Below are positions 25,307-38,910 of a stretch of DNA of 64,000 nucleotides, one piece after another (position 1 is the first letter of the stretch; each line of letters opens with the position of its first letter). The notes under the pieces are model-generated. The model was not told where the DNA came from, did no database searches, and worked only from the letters and a program-made list of their open reading frames with translations. Where the stretch lies: the NCBI GenBank assembly GCA_028534125.1, contig CM052842.1, positions 26,412,001-26,476,000 on the forward strand. Direction: 5' to 3'. This DNA is from Lama glama (Eukaryota). A program made the position numbers and the translations under genes.

Positions 25307-25453
25307 NNNNNNNNNNNNNNNNNNNNNNNNNNNNNNNNNNNNNNNNNNNNNNNNNNNNNNNNNNNNNNNNNNNNNNNNNNNNNNNNNNNNNNNNNNNNNN
25401 NNNNNNNNNNNNNNNNNNNNNNNNNNNNNNNNNNNNNNNNNNNNNNNNNNNNN
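25307..25453. other. 147-nt N-run (unresolved sequence)
   Basis: Directly visible. Confidence 0.95.
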
Positions 25454-26979
25454 TCTGTCCTTCAAGTCCACGTGGCAAATCTTTTTCTTTAACTAGTTTG
25501 AATGAGAGGTCTGTGCCCAGAAGGGGTACCATATCGCAGTCACGATCTGCAGAGCAGAATTTTTCCCCCTTAATCGAGCTATTTCCAATTGAATGGCGCT
25601 GGCAGTTTTGATACCGGCAGTGTGTGTTATTACACAACAGCTACTAGTCCGTTCCAGGTTGTCAGCATCACCGTGAGGAGACGGATTCCACCCCTCCCCT
25701 GTATTTGAAGGGCTCTGTGGTTTGTTTACAGAGCATTTCACGTGCAAGGTCTCAGGTCAGCCTCACGCTGACCCTGGCAGTAAATAAATAACATCGCCCC
25801 CATTGGGTGATGAAAAGAACCCAGGCTGGGAATGAACGAAAAGAAAACTGGGTCCAATCTCTCTGTGCTGCTAATGTAAGATGTTGGAGAACGGTCTGTG
25901 GTTTAGAGAATGAAGATCTATTTTTAACAATGTTCTGTTCTTCTTACCACAGTCCAACATTGTCCTAAAGTTTGATTTCATAGAAGTATTTTCCACAGCC
26001 CTCTAAGTCAGGCTTAGAAATTCTTTTCTGCCTCTGGGCCTTGTTTTGCTTTGAGGTGAGGATGGCGAGCTCGGATTTTTCTTGCATAATCTCTCCGTTT
26101 TGTATTTAATTCTCTACCTGAAAACCTGTAATGCCACTTTGATTCTATCGCAGTAAAGGAAAGCAATCTCTTATTTCTGCTATTTAAAAACTGGCTATCT
26201 AAGATGAAAGGAACTATATATAAATGTGTTTATCCAAAGGCCTTCTGAATATTTCATTTCTAATGGAAATGCTGGATGTTTTTAAGCAACATTACCTCTT
26301 ACAAAACAATCTGAAAAGAAAAAAAAATTGCACAAGGATAACAAAGACTGTTTTTTATAGGAAGAAGCTGGTTTTCACAAAAATATGCTTCTCAGTTCGT
26401 AAGATGGCTAGAAAATGCGTTATAGATAGAAAATAGCTAAGTCAGAGTCACAGTTTTAAAGATGCTTTCAGATGGGAGTATGTATTCAGTATTTTTTAAC
26501 GTGTACTGGCATGTATCTGGATGGGCTTTTTAAAAGAGAAATCACAAGTTTAGTAAAATCTAAGAAACTTTAAGACTGTGTCATTTATAATGTAAAATTA
26601 ATGCAGTTGAAATTCAGAGATTGACTCATAGCTCCCACATTCCTCTTTAGTTCTCTTTAGCTCATATGGTTTTCTTTAAAAATTAAGTGATATCAGCTAA
26701 ATGGGACTATTTCCCACTTCTACCCACAGAGAAAAGTGCTTTTGTGAACGTGTCAGCTCTTTTCCATCACGGCATGCCTTCAGGGAGTGCGGCAGAAGCA
26801 GGCTGGCTGGTCCTACTCATCACCAACAGGACAGGTTCAGGAACAAAATCCAAATAAGATAAACTTAACATTTCCATTTGTTTATTTTATGCACACAAGC
26901 CACTTTTTTAGTATCAAGGAATTTTATATCTGGACAGGCTCTTTCAGGTCTTTCAATCTAGCTTCTTTGTTTTGGATCT

Positions 26980-27085
26980 GGGGAAACAACGGCACAGAGA
27001 GGCTCAGCAACTTGCCCAGGGTCACACAGCACTCAGCTGAGCCTAGAACTCAGATCTGTGTGACTGCAAAGACCTTGCTCCTGCT
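26980..27085 (-). mobile_element. MIR fragment
   Basis: 'ggaaacaacggcacagagagg...aacttgcccagggtcacacagc'. Confidence 0.7.
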
Positions 27086-27379
27086 GCTGCAATGCTTCAC
27101 AGAGAGATTATTTGGTCCATGCCCTTTCCACAGCCCTCACTGCTGCCACTCAAGGATACCCTCCATTGGTGTCATGCTAATTAGGAGGCAGTTTCACAAA
27201 CGTCCTGTAAAAGCCCTTCAGATGTGTGAAGATGTGAAGCCAGCTACCATATCTCTGCAGAAATCTTCTCAGCTCTGCTCCTTGCAATCAACTTAGGTTT
27301 CTCCAGATTAAGCAGTGCTATCACGCCTTCCTGTGATTTGCTTTCTAGTTACCATCTTCTGGACACATTCCACTGATAC

Positions 27380-28292
27380 CTTACAGTTTTATTAAAATGG
27401 TACCCACCCAAAATGGGACACCACCTTGTCCCTCATCCTTATCTTCCCAGTGTCCACTGATCCCATGGCTGTCCTTCCAGTGTCACCACCCTACCAACTC
27501 AGTGGCCATTCCTTCTCGTCCTCCCCTTCCAACCCCAGCATCTGAGCAATTTCTCCCAGAGCTCACCCCTTTCTACTTCTACTACTCAAATTTTTTCCTG
27601 GACTGTGGAAATAGTCCCTTAACTGGTTTCCTTGCCTCAAGTTTCTCCAGAAATATGTTCTTCTACTTCAACAGTTATACAAGGTCTAGTTGCTGTGGGT
27701 TTGTAAACCCCAGGACACAGAAGCCCCCAGTCCTGGATTCTGGCTCTGATGCACCTCTGCCAGCTCTGTGGCTTTAGGTACATGATTTATCCCTTTGGTC
27801 TCAGTTTCTCCACTTATAAAATGAAGATGTTGAACAAGATCATCTCTAAAGAGATGCGTCCATTTCTAATCTGCAGTGTGTCTCCCGCTCTAGTCTGCCG
27901 AACAGACTGCTTCCAAAGAAATCTTCTTAAACTGATTTTTTTTTTCTTCTGCAAAATCCTTCAGTTGCCCCCTCCTTTCACGAAATTCCTAATCTTCTTA
28001 GCCTGGCCCTAAGGCAACACTGCAGCTTGGTCCTGAGCTCTCCTACCATGGCGCTCCGTGCTCTTCACGAGCCCACACTTGAGCTAAACTCAGCTACTCC
28101 CTCTTTGTCATCCTGGTGCCAAGCTCCCACCTCTTTGCTCTCGCAGTACCAGATGCTCTCTACCTGGTGCTGTGGGTGGGACACATGCCATATCTTTGTA
28201 AGCTCCTTGCAAACCAGAGCTCCCCCTTCTTGGTCCCCGTCTCCCAGGCAACACCTCACGCTTAGTAAGCACTCAATAAGTAGCTGTTGAGT
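27380..28292 (+). mobile_element. L2 3' portion with an internal MIR (~27700-27880)
   Basis: Pyrimidine-rich L2 body ending 'tagtaagcactcaataagtagctgttga'; MIR core 'ctcagtttctccacttataaaatg' inside it. Confidence 0.65.
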
Positions 28293-29069
28293 CAAGTTAT
28301 TCAGCCCAGAACTGCACTAAAATGTTTTGGCCATCACATTACATCCATGACTTGTATTGGGGCTTCTCGTCAGATAAGATCTTTAGGACTTTTACAAATA
28401 TATTCTTTAATTAAAACGCTTGTTTTCTTCCATTCTTTCTTTTTACCCACTTTTGAACTGATGTTCAGGGCTTCATCTACGAAAGTTTAATTTTCATCCA
28501 TGGTTCTTATCTGTACAGGTCTTTTTTGACTCTTGATTCTCTTATCTGGTTTATTGGCTTCCCACTGTGTTAGCCACAGGGGTGATGGGTATGCTACTAT
28601 TCCACTGAAGTCGTTGATACAAATGTTGAACAGGAGAAAGACCAGTAGCTTGCCAGCTTGGCACCTCCTTCTCTAGCTTGACTGTGACATCTTCTCTTGC
28701 AGTCTTTGAATATGGTTATTTAACCACATGTGTCTAACGGCTCATTTTGTTATAATTCATCATGTATAGAGACAATGAAGAATAATCTATGCATTCATTC
28801 AATTCCTTTACTGAGAGCCAGTCAGGTGTAAGGCAGTGTCCTAGGCTTTGTGTAATTTAAGTGATGGTTAGGATTTGGTCCCTTGGTCCTATTTAAGCTT
28901 CAGAGAGCAAATAAGACTCAACAGAGACCAATGCAGTATAAGGTGGAATGTGAGGCCCAACACAAGAGGTAGGTCTGAAAGCTTTGGAGTCAAAGGATGG
29001 AGTGGCACATTCCTGGCTGAGTGAAACCTTACAGGGTAGGATTGTCTTGAATGGAGATGAAGAGATTAC

Positions 29070-29492
29070 GGTGCCGGCTAAGCTGCTGTAACAAAGAGAG
29101 TCCCAAACACAGAGGCTTTCCCACAGTGACAGTTCATTTCTCTCTCAAAGGTTGAGGTTGGCAGGTGGTCCAACCCAAGTTGCCCTGTCCTCAACACGAA
29201 CGAGGCTTCCGCTTGGTATGTTCAAGGTGACCACTCCAATCCTTACCATTCCCAGCCAGAGGAAGGGAGATAGAGACCGGTGTGTACCACTCAGTCATCT
29301 TAAGGGCATAATAGGAAGTCACTTATGTGGCTTCTGTTCATAGCACATTGGCTGGCACTTTGTCACATGACCACACCCAGCCAAAAAGGAGTTTGGGAAA
29401 TGTAGCTTTCGCTGGTAGCCTCATGCCCAGATGAGACTGTGACGTTTGAAGGAGAAAACAGATATTGGGAGGACAATTAACAGTCAGCTGCA
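29070..29492 (-). mobile_element. MaLR solo LTR (MLT1J-like)
   Basis: 'ggctaagctgctgtaacaaa...cattggctggcactttgtcacatgaccacac...tgggaaatgtag...cagatattgggaggacaa'. Confidence 0.75.
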
Positions 29493-31899
29493 GGAGAAAA
29501 AGAATTCCATGTGAGAGGAAAAACTCTCAAAGAGGAAGGAGATTGATGAATTCTATCTCAGCCAAGTGGAAGTTGTCAGAAACAGATTTGGATTTAGAAG
29601 AAAAAAATTAGAACTATTAAAGAAGGAACGGGCTGTCTTGAGAGAGTTCTCCACCTCTGAAAATGGTCAAGAGAAATGGTAAGAAGAATTTACGGTCAGA
29701 GGGAGGATGGATAAAAGGCCAGCTTTTAACTCAGTAGCTGTGGGATTGTAGCCGGGATGGAGAGAAGTCCGGGGGCCTGGCAGCCTCTAAACTGTCAGGA
29801 GACAGCAGCACCAGCCCTGACGTGAGGAGGTAAGGGCAGAAGCGGTAAGAATGGACTGGAAGGAAGAGATGTAAGGGAGAATAAACAGAGCTGGGCTATC
29901 CACGGGTGTGTCTCACAGAAGGCACCGGGGCCGGGGGCCGGTCTGGGGAGCACGTGAGCTTGGCCACCTTAGAGGCTCAGAAAGGCGGGCTCCAGGAAGC
30001 GGTCGCTTTGCTGTACCAGGCATGGGCGTTTCTCCTTCTTCCCGAGCCCAGGAACTAGAACCCAGTCCTTTCTGCCTAAAGCAACGGGCATCCCAATAGG
30101 CTCTGCTCCTGAAAAGGCATTTTGTTCATGGGTAAGTGTTTTTTTGTTTGTTTGTTTTCCTTACTCTGTCCTGATTTTCATTTCTGTTTAGATTCAGTAA
30201 AAGCATTACCAAATTTTAAAATAATGTGGTTCGTTTTCCCCTGCCCCTCCACCCCCTTCATCAAAGGTATTCCATCTGTTTGTTTTGAAAATGCAACTGT
30301 TCTCTGGATTTATATGTGCTCCGATAGGAAATGTTTTGTGTAACAATAAAATCATTCCGTTTGGTGGAAACTGTTGTTACTTTGTGTTCTGTCCAAAAAC
30401 GGTATTTCACATCTGTTAAATACCAGCATTTCCTCCACTAAGCAGATTCCACTGGTGGCCAGTTTGTATTCCAAACCAAGGGAGTCAAAGCTGGCAGCTC
30501 CTCATGGTCGCTCAGGGCCATGTCTAAAGGGTCAGAGCCATAGATGAATGTTGTCCAGCAGCCCCTGCAGAGAAAAAAGGGAAGCAGCAATGGAAAGGCC
30601 TCCAGCGATGGTCCCCCTCTCCCCTGTGTGTCTGAGGCAGGAGCATCCAGAATGTGGGCAGAATCACAGGAGCATCCTTGAACTGAGCATTTGTTCACCA
30701 GGTCAGCGCTACCAGGAGGCACCTCAAGGTCACACGATGGGAGGAGGAAAGACTCGGGAGCAAGAATCTAAACTGCCGCAGCAGCTGAAAATATGAGTGC
30801 TACCCAGACATGGAATAGGATGTCATGCTTCTTAAAGCACGGCACAGCTGTGATGGGACGGCCATCTGTCTGATGCAGAGTCCCGACACTACAGGCAGGA
30901 GATCTGGGGTCCAGATGTAACTCTGGAGCATACTCAGCCTTTCTCTTGTTGCTATTTTCTGCCTCAGATGTTAAAACTAGACCTTTTTCTCCCTTCATCT
31001 CTCATCCTTTTCCCTTCCCCTCACACATCGGACAGGATCCCGCCGTAGAGTCGCTCAGGAGAACAGTCTTGCAACTGACATTAGCGGATTGGCCATTAAA
31101 ACGCTATCAGATTGGCCCTGCTCCTCCACTCAAAGACAAGAAGCAAGTATTCCAAGATGGTATCCCTGGGGGGTGGGATTTCAGGCTCTTTTAGGTCTTC
31201 CTGTATTTTCCAAACTTTCTTCAATGAGCATACAAAGGTTTTATAATGTCAAGGAATTTTTAAATGATTTAAAAAAAAAAAACCTTGTCATTGGCTCTAT
31301 TTCATCCATCCTTTGTCAATAAATACCCAAAGAAAAAGTCTATCTGAAGCATTGGCACCGTGGCTCTGCCAAGCCATGCCTTCCTTGAAGGAACACACTC
31401 CTCAGCTAACACAAGGCAGTTACTGTCCTTCAATATGAATTAAATTCTCAGCGTGGTTTGAGATTTGTTTTGTTTTGTTTTGTTTTCCACCTGATTGTTT
31501 TGTTCTCCCCTTGAATTTGGTGGGGGAGGGGGCGGGGGTTATCAATTTGACTGTAAAAGAACAAATGAAGTTTTCCCTCATTTTCTTCACTTAGTTGTTT
31601 TGATTTTCAGCCCGCCTAGACTGAAATCAGGCAGGAATTGGGCACGAGAACTCCACCCATTTCTGTCTTCCATCAGCTTTTCAAAGGGTGCTCCCAGCCC
31701 CTCTCCCGCTCGGTGGGGGGCCCCACTGAGGCAGCTGACAGCAGGCAAAACCACTGACCCGAAAAGAATGCTCTTTGTGCCGGGAGCTTCTCTTCACCAG
31801 TCAAACCGCCCTTCTCTCTGGGCACAGGAAAGCAGGTTTTGAATGGAAGGAGCAGGGACTTTGAGTCAGCTAATCCTGATTGGAGCCACTAAAATAAAC

Positions 31900-33645
31900 C
31901 CTCCCTGGGCCATGCTCCCTCCCCTCACTGTCTCTAGTTTCTCCTCTCCAGTGGCTCATTTAAAACTCCCAGAGCCACTGCCTCCTCTTCCTGGCTCCCC
32001 ACGTGCTTTGTGTCCTCACACAGCCTGGCTTCTGCCTTACTCCTCCCTCTAGGGGTACTGGCCCCTGGATCATCAGCAATCTGCTTGTCAAGTCAAAGTT
32101 CAGCCAGCCCCTCGTTTACTTTTGCTCCTGCCTGCAAGTGAAATCTTCAGTTATTCATTCTTTAAACTCGTAGTCCTCTGGTCTCTATAGAACGATGCTC
32201 TTCTGGTCCTCTTGGGCTCTCTCTGAACATTGAAGTCCTATTTCTTCCTCCTTCAGCCTTTACTTGTCATTCTCCTGGATGCTGCCCTCTGCCCACTGGT
32301 GTCTTCGCCCCCGCACTCTCTCAGCCGTCTGATTCATTCTTAGTTTCAACTACGATTCATGTGTCCATAATGCCAGCCCAGACCATTCCCCATCTGATTC
32401 ATATTTCCTGGACATGCTGGTCTTCACCTGGCTGTCACATGGGCCTGAAACCCACCATATCCAGAGCTGAATTCATCTCTCATTAGTGCTCTTTGGTTGT
32501 AAGCAACAGGGACTGATCCTGACTAGCCTATGCATTGAAAAGATTAATTGGAAGGATTGCAAGGTGGTTCCTAGAATCAAAGGAATCATTGAACAGCCTG
32601 GCATCTGGAGGCGAGAACCAGGTCACTGCATAGAGTCAAGTTTCCAGGAGCGAGCTTGGCACAGCCACTTGGGATCCCGGCTCCACTTCTAGGGTCTGTC
32701 ATCATAACAACATGGGACAAGTGATGCAAAGGGTCCAGACACACAAGACAATAGCTACCATGTCTCTGCCTCCCAAATCTGCTCTTTCTTCTATATTCTC
32801 CATTTCAGTCAGTGGCCCTGCCACCCATCCATCCATCCCTCCATCCCTCCATCCATCCATCCATCCATCTATCCATCTACCACCTAGACTGGGAAGAAGT
32901 TTCTCCCTCTCTCAGCCCATCTAGAATGAAATTGGGCAGGAAGTGGGCACAAGAAATCCACAGTTTCTGTCCTCTCTCTCTCTCATCACAAAGCCAATGG
33001 ATCATTACTTCCTGAGACTTTACCTCTTAGAGTAGTTCTCCAAACAGTTGTTTCCTCTCCATTACTTGGACCTCTGACCACCTTTGGGGCCTTTCTTGCC
33101 TTGATGACAATTAAGCCTCCTGAAAACTCTCTCTGCTCCCATTCTTGGCCATTTCAGATTTGAGCTCCACATAAGAACCAGCGTGATCTATCTCAGCCCA
33201 GATCTGACCATGTCATTCCCCTGTTTGAACTCTTTACCTAGAAGGTAAGCTATGGGACTTGCAGTCCATGTTTCTTGATACAGAATAAAATTGTGCCAGA
33301 GCCCGGCCCCTGTCCACAACTCCCAGTCCACACTCCCTGTTCCGCAGCCCCCTCCAAGTGTGAGGCTCCTGCTCTCTCCTACCCTCAACTTGGCTATTAC
33401 CAACTCAGCTTTAGAACTCACTTGAGATCTTGCCTGCCTTAAGTCTTTCCTGACATCTCATGCGAGGCTGAGAGTCCCCCCCAACCCGTGCTCCCATTTC
33501 GCCTTGAACATATCACTATCACAGTACATGACATGTATTTGATAAACATCCGTTTGCATACCTGTCTCTCCTGCTACCTGTAAATTCTTGGAAAGCAGGC
33601 ACAGGGCAAGGCGTTTGGCAGGCGCTCTACAAATGCTTTCTGAAC
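31900..33645 (+). mobile_element. Fragmented L2 interrupted by an MLT1-like LTR piece (~32485-32700) and (CCAT)n
   Basis: L2 motifs 'gagctgaattcatctc', 'atctgaccatgtcattcccctgttt' and a 3' end 'caggcgctctacaaatgcttt'. Confidence 0.55.
32822..32878. repeat. Imperfect (CCAT)n microsatellite
   Basis: Directly visible. Confidence 0.9.
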
Positions 33646-33800
33646 GGTCACTGACCTTGGTAAATCGTATAGACTCTCTGGCTTTCGGCTTCCTCACTGC
33701 AGAAAGAGGCTAACTCTACCCCATGTTGTGAAATTAAATGGGATAATGCTAACAAAATGCCTACCCGGTACCTGGCACATGGTAAGTACTCAACTGAAAG
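33645..33800 (+). mobile_element. MIR SINE
   Basis: 'tgaccttggtaaat...gttgtgaaattaaatgggataatg...cctggcacatggtaagtactcaa'. Confidence 0.75.
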
Positions 33801-35064
33801 TCACCTTCCTTACCACCTTTCTTCCTCCTGCCACGTTTTTAATTAAAAAGGAAAAGAGTTCTCAGCATCCTTTGTTTAGCTGTATGTCTCTTCTACTGCA
33901 TGAAGCACAAGCTCTAGGAGAAAATGGGGCCAGGTCTGTATTGTTCGTTGCTATGTATTTTGCCTATGAGAGGTGCTTAATAAATCTTTTAAGATAAAGG
34001 AATAACTGCTGTATGTGCTTATTTGGTTTTGCATTTTCACCTTCAATGAACTTAATGTTCCCATTTCCTTTTTCCCATCCTATAAATCACTGACTTGGAC
34101 TTGTGTAGTGAGCACTGTCTCCCACTGCACACCAGCCAATGCTTGGGGGAGAATGGAGGCTGGGCTGCTGGACAAGCCAGCCTGCCAGGCAGTTGGCGGG
34201 TTGCTGGCCACACTCCACCCTGGAGAGCGTGCCTGCAGGTGCACTGGGCCAGGCGTTCGTCACACTTTCACCTGCTGACCCCTGCCGAGCACAAGCGTGC
34301 TCATTTACACGCACAAGCTCATTTTATTCCCATAATAGTCCCAGGAGGGAGGAACTGTCTCCCTACTGTATAGGCAGGGTCCCAGAAGAGGACAGATTAA
34401 CTCACTCAGGCTGGTCACCAAGGAGAGTTTCATAAAGGGACATTTATAAGTACGAGCAAGGTTTAAGTTCCCTAGGGCTGTTGACAACTAGGAGTCCTTA
34501 TCCCAGCCCGCAGCCACCTAGGAGGAAGAAGGCACAGCATTAGCACCCTGGCCTCACTCTTCGCCTGCCAGGGCTCCCCAGTGGCCAAGCACAACCACGT
34601 GGTCCAGAGGGGTGAGACTTCCGGCCATGAGCAGGGTGAGAAAAGCCAAGAATGACTCTGGAAGAGTGAACATGGCAAGGACAGAAGGTCAGACAGTACG
34701 CAGTGAGGGAACCCAGGCAGTCCAGCCTTTAACTACCTGCGCACTCTGCAACCCTACAACCACGTCACGCCACTCCGGTTCTCCGGCTTTGCACGCTCGC
34801 TTACCGGGCTTCTGCGGCTGCCCCTGAAACCAGGGCAGGTACGGCCCTCTGGGCTGACTGGGAGTCTTCCACGAGGAGCCTGAGAGAGGGTCATGGCAGT
34901 GTGGGATGAACGGGTACCTCCCAGATAAGGAAGGAAGGCAGCTCCCTCTTTACAAACCCACAGACACCCCATGCTGCTCTATGAATGGACAGAAAACCAC
35001 CTGCTAACTTAATTCCAGCAGCGTGAAGAGTTTCAATGAACTCATCCCAAAGGACCCAGCAGCA

Positions 35065-35235
35065 GTTAAGACCCTAGACTTGGGGAATCAGACCAGCCAG
35101 GACTTGAATCCTGACCCTTGTCACTGGCTAGGTGAATTTGGGCCTCATCTGTGAAATGAGAATTGTCATCATACCAATGGGTGCGTCGTGAGGATTACGT
35201 GCAGTATGCAGTTTGCCTTGCCCTCATTAAACATT
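35065..35235 (+). mobile_element. MIR SINE
   Basis: 'gttaagaccctagactt...gacttgaatcctg...cctcatctgtgaaatgag'. Confidence 0.7.
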
Positions 35236-37412
35236 CGCTCAAAACCCCATCTCGGTTAACATCTATAACTGTGCACTATCGTAACTTTTGGATCTAATTA
35301 CTTATTCATTCCAATGTTCAGAATCCTTTAAGAACAGGTACTTCAACAACCGAGGAGGATAATGAGACCACATAGGAGTTGTAGTTTTTAACTACTTTCT
35401 CTTAGATGAGCAAATCTGATTGTTACAAAAACTCAGTGAGAAAGGCTGCAGAACTATTATTCTGTCTCTTTTAAAGATGGAGAAACTGACGCCCGAAGAG
35501 TTGAAGTGACTTGTTCAAGGTCACCAAGGCAGTAACCATGATGGCACCCCACTAAAAAGGCAGCGCCCACTAGCTGGTTTCCAGAAAGGCAGATGGAATC
35601 TGCAGCTGAGAAGGGCCACCGTGTATGCTCCCATCACTCTATAGCTGACTTTGGGCTGTTGTGTGCTTCATCACTTAGCAATGGGTGTTTCCCCAAATTA
35701 TAACTATGTCCTTCATTTGCAGCGAAGAATATCAGAGGCACTTCCTCCCACTAAGCCTGGGAGCAGGGGAGTGGCCAGTGCCTGCAGTGGCTGGCGCCCC
35801 GCAGCTTCGTTGGCTGCCAGCAGCTCACTGCTGGGTGCTCTCCCACAGCACAGACCACCCATCTGGCAGACAGCAGTGTGCGCACTCGCCTGGCTTCACC
35901 AGTGCTTTCTCCGTGGCCGGAGGAGTGAGCAGAACTTGCCCCCAGGCTTCACTTCCTGGAGGTGCACTGTTTTACAAAGAGAAGCCCATCTCTGCAAGCA
36001 CAGAATGCATTAGCATCCTCTCCCTCGGAGAGAGCTATTTTTGTCTTTCATCTCCAGAGACTATTCCAAAGTAGGGGATGCAAGTATCTGGAGAAGAATC
36101 CAAAAAAGCCACTGTCTCCTGCCCAGAAGAGAGCAAATACTGATATTTCCTCAACAACAAAGCAACAACAATTCCCACAGCAGTGACGGAGAACAAACTG
36201 AGCTGGAGGCAAGCTGTCCTTGGGTACAGGACAACGTCCTGTGCTGCAATCTCTTTCTGTGGGATTTCTCTCCATACACTTCACGGAACAGGATTTGTTG
36301 CCATGGTTACTGGAAAATCACATGATAGCCTCCCTTGCTCACTCCCTAGAAGTGTAGGAGAACAGCCGGCTCACACTGTGCCCGGGAGAGATGCCTTCCT
36401 CCCCAGCTCAGTCACTTTTCCTGAGCAGACCTGCGTGTCCCAGTGGTTTTCCTCATCCTGGCCTGCCCGCTTTGGGGGTAAGGTCCAGCCATTCTTTGGG
36501 CACAAATTCATTGCTTTCATAATAACATCAGCACAAGTTTTCGTTCAGTGCTTCTCCTGCTGCTTTCAGGAGTCCCTCTCCCTCTCTCCAGCCCCTTCCT
36601 TCCCTGGCCCCTTTGCCCCACATGCACACACACATGTTGCACACACACTCACACATGGGTGCTATACTGAATCTCTGAGTTGAGTGGAGGGTGGAACATG
36701 CAGCCTACACCACTCGAATAAGCTCTTTTAAAATCTGAGGACAGCATGAGTCAGGGAATTTTGAAGCCGTGATACAATCAGAACATAGATGCCTCAAGGG
36801 GGTGGAGAGAGGGAGTATGGACTCGCCCAGATCCTAAAGAGAGCAGGCAGGGTCAGCTTTCCCAGGCCCAGCCTGGATAAGGGTCTGTGACCCTCAGCCT
36901 CTCAGTGGAGAAACTGGGTCCACTCTGAGCTTGTCCAATGTGGTGCAGTGGGAGTGGCCCCACAGCCATCGCCCTCCAGTGAAGAGAAACTGTGGCCTCG
37001 GAGAAAGCTCTAGAAGGACAAAGCTCTTTTCCTCCTCCCTTCCCCCTCTCCTTCCCTACAGAACCAGGCCAGTTAGCTCAAGTCCTGTGCTGCAGCACCT
37101 CAGGCTGGAAAGGTGGGTCTTTTCCCCTGGCAATAACAGACTGCCTACCTCTTTGGGTTCAGATCATATCTCATCTTGTCAATTCCATCAGATTTTCTGG
37201 TCTGCTCTCCCCAGTGCAAAAGCGAAGTGTGACAGACACAGACACAGAAGAGTCAGCAGGCAGCAACAGGCAGGGCCGGGAGAGACTCTGCCCCAGCTGG
37301 CAGAGGGCTGGCCTCAGGGCCCCTGCCTCAAAGAACACAGAGAGAAGAGGCAAACAGCCTCACAAATGTTAACTAACCTTATAAGTGACCACAAGGCAAG
37401 GGCCGAGGAGAA

Positions 37413-38159
37413 CAGAGGTCTCTAAAATGAAGAGGAGGTATTGGTGGGGGGGCTGGGGGTGGAGTGAGGCACCCCCAGGGGTGTGTGAGACTGTATATAG
37501 TCTGGTACAAGAAATATTAGAACTTCCATTTATAATTATTGTTATCTCTTCTCTTTTATATGTATTTTGGTAATGCATTATAATGTATAAAATTTTATCA
37601 AGTAGGATCAGATTTGGCTGAGATTGAGAATATCCAAAACAGCAATGGCTTTAACAAGAGACAAGTTTATTTCGCTCTCATGCAGAGTCTGGAAGTTAAG
37701 CCACCCAGACTGGTGGGGTGTCTTTTCTGGTCGCTCCAACACCCTCAACATGTGGCTTCCACTCCATTGTCCAATGCTGTTGCTCAAGGTCAAGCCATCC
37801 TGTTCACATTCTAGGCAGCGGGAAGGAGAAAGAAGGAAAGAACTGCGTGTTCCTCCCACTGAGGACCCTTCCTGGAAATTGCATCTTCGGCTTCTGACAA
37901 TTCATTGCCTAGAATTTAGTCATATGACTGCATCTAGTTGCAAAGGATCCTGGGAAATGTAGTCTATTCTGGAATGCCGTGTGCCCATTAGGAAACACTA
38001 TGCTAGAAGTGGGGAAGGATGAACACGGTGTGCCACTAGCAATTTTTACCCCAGTAACATGTTAGTAGAATAGCACATGTGTGTACTTACAAAGAAAGAA
38101 GTGTGCTTGTTGGGGGCATAATCTAGATTGAGGCTTTTGGGGAAGTTTAAAGACCACTG
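37413..38159. mobile_element. hAT-Charlie element split by an MLT1J-like LTR (~37600-38045, - strand)
   Basis: Terminal inverted repeats CAGAGGTCTCTAAA (37413) and TTTAAAGACCACTG (ends 38159) match at 12/14. Internal LTR text 'aatggctttaacaag...catatgactgcatctagttgcaaagg...tgggaaatgtagtct'. Confidence 0.65.
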
Positions 38160-38699
38160 TTATGGATTGTAATACTCCAGAAGTGCACATAATTGATTGA
38201 AGGAAGGAGTAAGGGATTTTCTTCTTTCAACTGAGTAAATTTGAAGATCTAATTGCTTTTACTGGATTCATGAATTGGGCAGCATCCCATCTAGCAACTA
38301 GAAGGGCGCCTCCAGGGATTTTTTTTTTAACCATCTGGCATCTATTCATCCTTCTCCTGGTAAAATGGTATGCAGAATTCTGTGTGGAGACTCACCCCTC
38401 CCCTACTTTCATCCTTGCAGCTGTGAGGGTGCCCTAATTGGTCTTAACTAACCAATTTCTCCCATCCTCTTGACCGGGATTAGTGCCGGTTACTGATGTG
38501 ACTCTTAGAAGGGTGATACTGGACAGAAAGCTAAGAGCACATGAGGTTGAGAGCTGCCCAAACCCTCCTACAACCATGACAGGAAAGCTTATCTGGGAAC
38601 ACAGCCAACATCCAGAGAAGGGAGCCACAATGAGAGGATCGGGTCCTGCTGATACCCTTCAAACTCCTGTATCAAGCTGCATCCGAACAGAGCATGTGT

Positions 38700-38910
38700 T
38701 GTGCTGAGGAGCCATCTTGGACCAGATAGTTGAGGTCAACCCTCTAGACCTGGCAGAGCCACCAGGTGGAAAGAGCCTGATATGGGATGACTTCCTGGAG
38801 CAGAGCCTGGCTGAATGTGTACGTGAAAGAGAAATCAACTTCCACCTTGGATAAGTGACTGTCTGTTTGAGTCTTCATTTTAGCAGCCAGCCTATAACCT
38901 AACTAGTACA
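38700..38910 (+). mobile_element. MLT1-type LTR 3' half
   Basis: 'gccatcttggacca...gagaaatcaacttc...tagcagccagcctataacctaactagtaca'. Confidence 0.65.

Noticed and set aside
35555-35580. CTCF-like motif (also ~63617-63631)
   Set aside because: Mismatches at core positions; not distinguishable from chance without PWM scoring or ChIP data.
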